A stretch of DNA of 32,000 bases from Crocosphaera subtropica ATCC 51142 (lineage in GTDB: Bacteria; Cyanobacteriota; Cyanobacteriia; Cyanobacteriales; Microcystaceae), in the NCBI RefSeq assembly GCF_000017845.1, contig NC_010546.1:60001-92000 (forward strand), in the 5' to 3' direction. Every line of letters starts with the position of its first letter. The stretch's first letter is position 1. Shown here piece by piece: positions 27,742 through 32,000 of this stretch. The translations under genes and the position numbers were made by a program. Below the pieces are notes generated by a model that saw nothing but the letters and a program-made list of their open reading frames with translations, searched no databases and was not told the DNA's origin.

Positions 27742-28899
27742 ATGAGTACACTAGAATGTGAAGTCAACCAAAGCTTGGATTTTTCGTCACTTAAGAATTG
27801 TCATGAAGAACTTTACCAAAAAGTTAGTGATATCATCATTAAGCAAGAAATATCAGAAACACAAAAAGAAAAAAATGACTGTTCTAAGGAAATGCAGGAG
27901 GTTAGTGATAGTGTAAAAAACCTTCTCAAAAATCTTGCAGAATTTGCTCCACAAGTTACTTCAATTGATGAATCCAATTGGGTGAGAGAAGCTTCTTATG
28001 AATGGGGTGCTGTGGGAGATTGTCTTGACCTAAACTTGTCCTTGTTGGACACAACAGAGAAACATACAAAGGTGGGAAATATTGGACAAAAAATTCTGTC
28101 TTTATTGCCTAATGAAATTCCAGAATTTTCTTTAACGCCAAAAATCTCTAAGAAATATCTAGAAAAAGAGGCTTACTGCTTAGGTCAGGCTCGAAAAGAA
28201 AGATTGCTAAAAAAATTACTCGGCGAATATCGGCATCTTATTCATAACCTAATTCCAAGCGATTTAGAGAATATGAAAATGGACTGGTGTAGTGCTTGCA
28301 CCTATTTTTCTTCTAAAATTCTCGAAGGTAAGCTAGATTTTTCTTCTCAAATCGAATCTGACTTATATCATTACTTAGAAGAAGTCTGGTTAGAAGATGT
28401 TAAGCACCTGAGAGCTTACGAAATTTGGTGGAAGAAGGGACATAATCGGATTTACGAAGAATCTACCACAGTTAATTATTATTTCCAAGCTTGTCAACAA
28501 ATAATGGCTAGTCTTGTTGATCCTTATATCAAAGCTCCCTTCAGTCGGTTTGAAGAACTAAAAAATTACTTAAAAAATTGCTATTTGACTGAGGAGGGAA
28601 AACTTGATAAAGACAAGTCGAATACCTTGATAGAGATCAAAGCTCATCGAATTTGGGAAACAACAAATAACTCCAATAGTTCAGAAAACTGGTCATCTGC
28701 TCAACAGTATGTTGAAGATTTCTATGAAAATATTATTCCTGCTGTGGTAGATGGTGATCTCGAAAGCATTACTAAGGTTAAAAATGCCATTCAAGCTATC
28801 AACGATCCTACTCATTACCACATTATTAACTGTTTTGAAGTGGCACTCGTTATCTACTTTCTTCCTTCAGACGTACTGGAAGATGTTGAGAAACTTTAG
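27742..28899 (+). CDS. Hypothetical helical protein with DUF2934-like repeated motifs
   Basis: 385-aa ORF, 22 bp after gene 1, with AGGAG 7 nt upstream of the ATG. The motifs VKHLRAYEIWWKKGH...NYYFQAC and IKAHRIWETTNN...NWSSAQQYV resemble the DUF2934 RAYxxW...W..A pattern. I saw no enzymatic motif. Confidence 0.6.
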   Translation: MSTLECEVNQSLDFSSLKNCHEELYQKVSDIIIKQEISETQKEKNDCSKEMQEVSDSVKNLLKNLAEFAPQVTSIDESNWVREASYEWGAVGDCLDLNLSLLDTTEKHTKVGNIGQKILSLLPNEIPEFSLTPKISKKYLEKEAYCLGQARKERLLKKLLGEYRHLIHNLIPSDLENMKMDWCSACTYFSSKILEGKLDFSSQIESDLYHYLEEVWLEDVKHLRAYEIWWKKGHNRIYEESTTVNYYFQACQQIMASLVDPYIKAPFSRFEELKNYLKNCYLTEEGKLDKDKSNTLIEIKAHRIWETTNNSNSSENWSSAQQYVEDFYENIIPAVVDGDLESITKVKNAIQAINDPTHYHIINCFEVALVIYFLPSDVLEDVEKL

Positions 28900-28916
28900 A
28901 ATAGGTTAGACAACTG

Positions 28917-29768
28917 ATGAAGAAACATCTCCTTGTTTCACTAGCTCTAATACTGTCAGTGGTTTTAGTGTCAAAAGTTCCACCATTGGTCAACGTTTCA
29001 GCATCTAACGCTCCTCAAATAAACCTTGAAGCAGAAATACAAGGGTTAGCTCATAGTGATGTCAAGGACAACATTCCCAGACGCACTGATTTTGTTATTG
29101 AACTTTATCACGATAACTCTCAACATCTAACCCCTCCAGAGATTAGGAAAATTTACGATGAAGCTTACAGTCAACAAGTACGAAAAAAACGCATTGTCAG
29201 GAAATTTGTTGGGTCAGCAATTGCTATTTTGATCATTGTTCTGTCTATTTTAGCGATCGCTATATGGTTATCGGATAAGACAGGAGTCCCTACCTTAAAG
29301 CGAGTGTCTGTTAATCTTCCTTTCGGTATTGGTTGTATTGAATTAGAAATCAACAGGGTAGAACAAATAGTAGCATGGTCACTGTATGTGGAACTGGTTA
29401 CACGCATTGCTATTCAGCCTCTTAAATCAGATGAAGGACTCTTAAAGGAAGCACTAACCTCACTACATAGCTTGTTTGACACAACCCGTCAGATTCTTAA
29501 AGAAGCTGGGCCAGTTGTGGGTGTCTCTCCTCAGTCAGTTGGTGGTATAGCGATTGCTGTACTCAATCAAGGTATTCGTCCTTTCCTTGCTAAATGGCAT
29601 CCTGCTTTAGAAGATTGGGAATCAAAATGTCTCAGTACCACCAGTAATAAACAACACGAGAAAAACTGGGATCAAGAACCACAGTTACGCCATGAACTGG
29701 AATTACTCAGACACCATCTAAAGCAATATGCAGACGCATTGGCTAAAATTGCTGATGTAACCTTTTGA
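28917..29768 (+). CDS. Membrane protein with two hydrophobic segments and a ~160-aa helical C-terminal domain
   Basis: 283-aa ORF, 17 bp after gene 2. The hydrophobic segments are aa 5-19 (signal-like, ...VSA/SN) and aa 97-118 (FVGSAIAILIIVLSILAIAIWL), the latter preceded by RKKRIVRK. The C-terminal domain is AWSLYVELVTRIAIQPL...LFDTTRQILKEAGP...LNQGIRPFLAKWHPALEDWE. Confidence 0.65.
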   Translation: MKKHLLVSLALILSVVLVSKVPPLVNVSASNAPQINLEAEIQGLAHSDVKDNIPRRTDFVIELYHDNSQHLTPPEIRKIYDEAYSQQVRKKRIVRKFVGSAIAILIIVLSILAIAIWLSDKTGVPTLKRVSVNLPFGIGCIELEINRVEQIVAWSLYVELVTRIAIQPLKSDEGLLKEALTSLHSLFDTTRQILKEAGPVVGVSPQSVGGIAIAVLNQGIRPFLAKWHPALEDWESKCLSTTSNKQHEKNWDQEPQLRHELELLRHHLKQYADALAKIADVTF

Positions 29769-29797
29769 CTCCGACCAATTAGGTTTCAACATTTCCA

Positions 29798-30340
29798 ATG
29801 TTTATTATGAATCAAGAAAGAATTATTTTTGGCAGTGACTGGGTTACTGTTAAAGAAACAGCGAGAGGCTTTCAGTATTTGGAGAGGAAAGGAAAAGATT
29901 CAGTCGCAGTATTTCTTTTGAGAAGAAAAAAGCTAAATTCACAAGCTTATGAAGTAATGATTCGGCAACAGCCCCTTTGTATTGATAATCACGAACTTCA
30001 TGGGAAACTCAAACTCTATCCTTGTCCCATCACTGGGGGGATTGATCAAGGAGAAACCCCAGAACAAGCAGCTATTAGGGAAGTTGAGGAAGAATCGGGT
30101 TTTTCAGTGCAGGTTTTGCCTCTCGGTCGATATATTGTCGGGACACAAACTAATGAAATCTGCTATTTATATTATGCTGATGTCACTAAACTAGAGCCAG
30201 AAGAAGCGAAACAAGATGGCACTTACTTCGAGTTGATCAGTAAAAATGAATGGCATGATTTTGAGTATTTGAGTCAGTGTGATTATTCAGCTTGTCAGAT
30301 AGGGTATTTTCGGTTGAAAAATGTGTTGGATCTTGACTGA
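29798..30340 (+). CDS. Nudix hydrolase
   Basis: 180-aa ORF (alternative ATG at 29807). GGIDQGETPEQAAIREVEEESGF, aa 80-102, nt ~30035-30103, matches the Nudix box Gx5Ex7REUxEExGU exactly. Confidence 0.85.
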   Translation: MFIMNQERIIFGSDWVTVKETARGFQYLERKGKDSVAVFLLRRKKLNSQAYEVMIRQQPLCIDNHELHGKLKLYPCPITGGIDQGETPEQAAIREVEEESGFSVQVLPLGRYIVGTQTNEICYLYYADVTKLEPEEAKQDGTYFELISKNEWHDFEYLSQCDYSACQIGYFRLKNVLDLD

Positions 30341-30380
30341 GATGATGTGGTAATTGTAATCATCGACTTTTTTCGATGAT
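30341..30380. terminator. Overlapping hairpins at the convergent Nudix/mobA junction
   Basis: GATGAT (30341-30346) pairs with ATCATC (30359-30364), followed by a T6 run at 30368-30373. There is also a perfect 8-bp stem ATCATCGA (30359-30366) / TCGATGAT (30373-30380). Only 19 bp separate the two stop codons, so the structure overlaps the last mobA codons. Confidence 0.4.
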
Positions 30381-30971
30381 TCCCTTGAGATCCATCTGGG
30401 TATTACAATTAAAAAGAACAGAGCGATCGCTGACAAATAGTTCTTGGACATATTCGCATTGTAACCATTGCTGAAAGGATCGCCCTCCTGCTTGGATAAA
30501 GCTCTCTAGGGACGTTAAACAAGAAGAACGATAAAACCCACACAACGGGTCCCACCCTTTTTCATGAAGGGGTAAACAAGCAGTGACTTGATCAGAAACT
30601 TGATGTAACTGTTGTAACCATTCCTCGATGGCTTGAGTTGTTAAGTTAGGTAAATCACAGGCTAACAATAACACCCATTCTGTCTTAACATGGGATAAAG
30701 CTTGAGCGAATCCCACTAGCGGACCTTGACTATCTCCCGATGGACATACTTCTTGCAATAGATAACAGCTTGAAGGAACGATCCTTTGATAACGCTCTAT
30801 CCAAGGGGTAATAATATAAATAGGGTTAGCATATGCTTGGATTAAGGTAGCACTCCGTTGTAACAAGGGAACGCCTTTAATCTCAATCAGTGCTTTATCT
30901 TTGCCCATACGGGAGCTTTTACCCCCTGCAAGGATAATGGCACTAAGAGCGGATTGGAAAGGTTTTTCCAT
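30360..30971 (-). CDS. mobA: Molybdenum cofactor guanylyltransferase
   Basis: 203-aa ORF. AIILAGGKSSRMGKDKALIEIKGVPLL and LLACDLP are canonical MobA motifs. Confidence 0.88.
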   Translation of the reverse strand: MEKPFQSALSAIILAGGKSSRMGKDKALIEIKGVPLLQRSATLIQAYANPIYIITPWIERYQRIVPSSCYLLQEVCPSGDSQGPLVGFAQALSHVKTEWVLLLACDLPNLTTQAIEEWLQQLHQVSDQVTACLPLHEKGWDPLCGFYRSSCLTSLESFIQAGGRSFQQWLQCEYVQELFVSDRSVLFNCNTQMDLKGIIEKSR

Positions 30972-30992
30972 TTTAAACTATGGGCTAAAGCA

Positions 30993-31319
30993 ATGAATGA
31001 TCGCCATCATGATCCGTTTCAAGAACAAAAACTAGAAAAGTTACAGCAAATAACTCGTCTAATCCCTGTTGTTGGCTGGATTCCTGCGCTTTGGACAGTG
31101 TATCATCATCAGGGGACTCGTCAAGTCTTATCGGTCAGTCGTTTTTCCCTGCGACTAACGGTTATTTGGGCAATTGCTTATAGCTTACTCTGGTTAAGCT
31201 CATTACAAACATCTGAAACGCTTACGTTACGGTTATTGTATCTCAACGGCTTGCTCACATCGGGTTACATTTTAGTTTGTTTAGGATTAATGTTTCGGGT
31301 TTGGCAGAGAAAAAACTAA
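30993..31319 (+). CDS. Small hypothetical membrane protein
   Basis: The track ORF starts at TTG 30954, overlapping the mobA start, so ATG 30993 (MNDRHHDP...) is more plausible. It has three hydrophobic segments. Confidence 0.5.
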   Translation: MNDRHHDPFQEQKLEKLQQITRLIPVVGWIPALWTVYHHQGTRQVLSVSRFSLRLTVIWAIAYSLLWLSSLQTSETLTLRLLYLNGLLTSGYILVCLGLMFRVWQRKN

Positions 31320-31528
31320 AGTCGTCTTAGTCACACATAACGCCTGATTGCCTATGGGCGTGGTAATATTGGTTAGGGTAGTCTCAAAAGCTAATGATGT
31401 TTGAGTTCTGAATTCCCTTTTGTCTTCTACAATCAATTGACCTCCCGACACCCCTTGTCCCTCTTCGTCGTTTGCCTAGGATAATAGAGAAGCTTGACAC
31501 GAGATGGAGAGCGTCTAATTTTAAGACA

Positions 31529-31705
31529 CTAGAATAGGTCGTTTTTCATCAAATCTCTGATTAGATTGTCTCTAGCCATGATTTGCTGCATGGTGTCGAT
31601 CAAGTAATCAATGACTTGTTCCCGTTCTAAGTCTTGGAACTCCTGCTGTAAGCATTGCAGTTGAAACTGCTGTTCCATCGATAGTTCAAAGGTTTTTGCG
31701 TCCAT
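31529..31705 (-). CDS. nblA: Phycobilisome degradation protein NblA (copy 1)
   Basis: The ORF extends to 31717 (MEFIM...). ATG 31705 has GGAG 6 nt upstream. FELSMEQQFQLQCLQQEFQDLEREQVIDYLIDTMQQIMARDNLIRDLMKN fits the NblA pattern (LSxEQxFxL...EQ...L...Q.M...N) and its size. Confidence 0.8.
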   Translation of the reverse strand: MDAKTFELSMEQQFQLQCLQQEFQDLEREQVIDYLIDTMQQIMARDNLIRDLMKNDLF

Positions 31706-31761
31706 GATAAACTCCATTAGTAAATTGATAGTTAGTGAAATTGTTATGGGTCAATAGAGAA

Positions 31762-31926
31762 CTATTTGCCCAAGTTGCGAACCACATTTGTTTTAATCAT
31801 TAATAGTCGTGATGCTTGAATCAACAAATCTAATGCTTGTTCCCGACTCATTTGAGTGGCCGCATCACGAATCCGTTTCATCTCAAATTGTTGTTCTAAG
31901 GTTAGATTGCAAGAGGTGTTTTCCAT
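31762..31926 (-). CDS. nblA: Phycobilisome degradation protein NblA (copy 2), below the ORF-track size cutoff
   Basis: My reverse translation gives MENTSCNLTLEQQFEMKRIRDAATQMSREQALDLLIQASRLLMIKTNVVRNLGK (54 aa), with AAGGAG 5 nt upstream of the ATG (reverse complement of 31924-31926) and stop TAG (reverse complement of 31762-31764). It has the same LTLEQQF...REQA...L...LM pattern as copy 1. Confidence 0.75.
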   Translation of the reverse strand: MENTSCNLTLEQQFEMKRIRDAATQMSREQALDLLIQASRLLMIKTNVVRNLGK

Positions 31927-32000
31927 AATGACTCCTTGATTGATGACAAACAGGGTATTGAGATATATAGGTGGACAGTTAGCTTTGTAACTTGTCTTTT

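Noticed and set aside
24534-29252. The 4.7-kb HIP1-free stretch covering most of the TIR operon, considered as evidence for foreign origin
   Set aside because: An equally long HIP1-free gap (5593-11150) covers core genes including most of metH. The depletion is therefore not discriminating at this scale. I did not compute GC or codon bias.
29171-30194. ORFs 29171-29407(-) and 29982-30194(+) inside genes 3 and 4 of the operon
   Set aside because: They are embedded in the longer ORFs, one of which carries an exact Nudix box, and have no features of their own.
31927-32000. GTTN8AAC (NtcA-like) sequence upstream of nblA copy 2
   Set aside because: It is an imperfect match to GTAN8TAC, and its spacing to the TATATA box (about 8 nt) is far from the canonical ~22 nt. 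The promoter probably extends past the window edge.
1-32000. Scan for tRNA, rRNA, tmRNA, CRISPR arrays and IS elements with terminal inverted repeats
   Set aside because: I found no T-loop/acceptor-type sequences, no rRNA-like conserved blocks, no regularly spaced direct repeats of 25-40 bp, and no transposase ORF other than the Rpn-like gene.

Overview
The window looks like chromosomal DNA from a low-GC unicellular cyanobacterium. This is inferred from 17 perfect HIP1 octamers (GCGATCGC), STRR-like heptamer repeats, tandem nblA genes, Ycf19/YggT, a Ctp-type S41 protease, and several cyanobacteria-typical conserved hypotheticals. Most of it is ordinary housekeeping: a P-type ATPase that runs off the left edge and is missing from the ORF track, ExoD-like protein, GTPase-DUF697, YggT, metH, ClC-CBS-USP channel, S41 protease, rpsN, aat, rsmH, an alpha/beta hydrolase plus metallophosphoesterase pair, a Kef-type antiporter, mobA and two nblA genes. 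Accessory content is a VapC/PIN toxin whose upstream antitoxin frame is broken, an Rpn/DUF2887-type PD-(D/E)XK nuclease gene, and a tight four-gene operon at 26124-30340. That operon is the main point of interest. It encodes (1) a TIR domain fused to a nucleoside 2-deoxyribosyltransferase/DNPH1-like domain and a helical tail, (2) a 385-aa protein with DUF2934-like motifs, (3) a protein with two hydrophobic segments and a helical C-terminal domain, and (4) a Nudix hydrolase with a perfect Nudix box. I read it as a candidate NAD+/nucleotide-centred conflict (anti-phage) system, and its composition matches no named system I know. No rRNA, tRNA or CRISPR array was seen. All domain calls come from reading motifs by eye, with no searches run.
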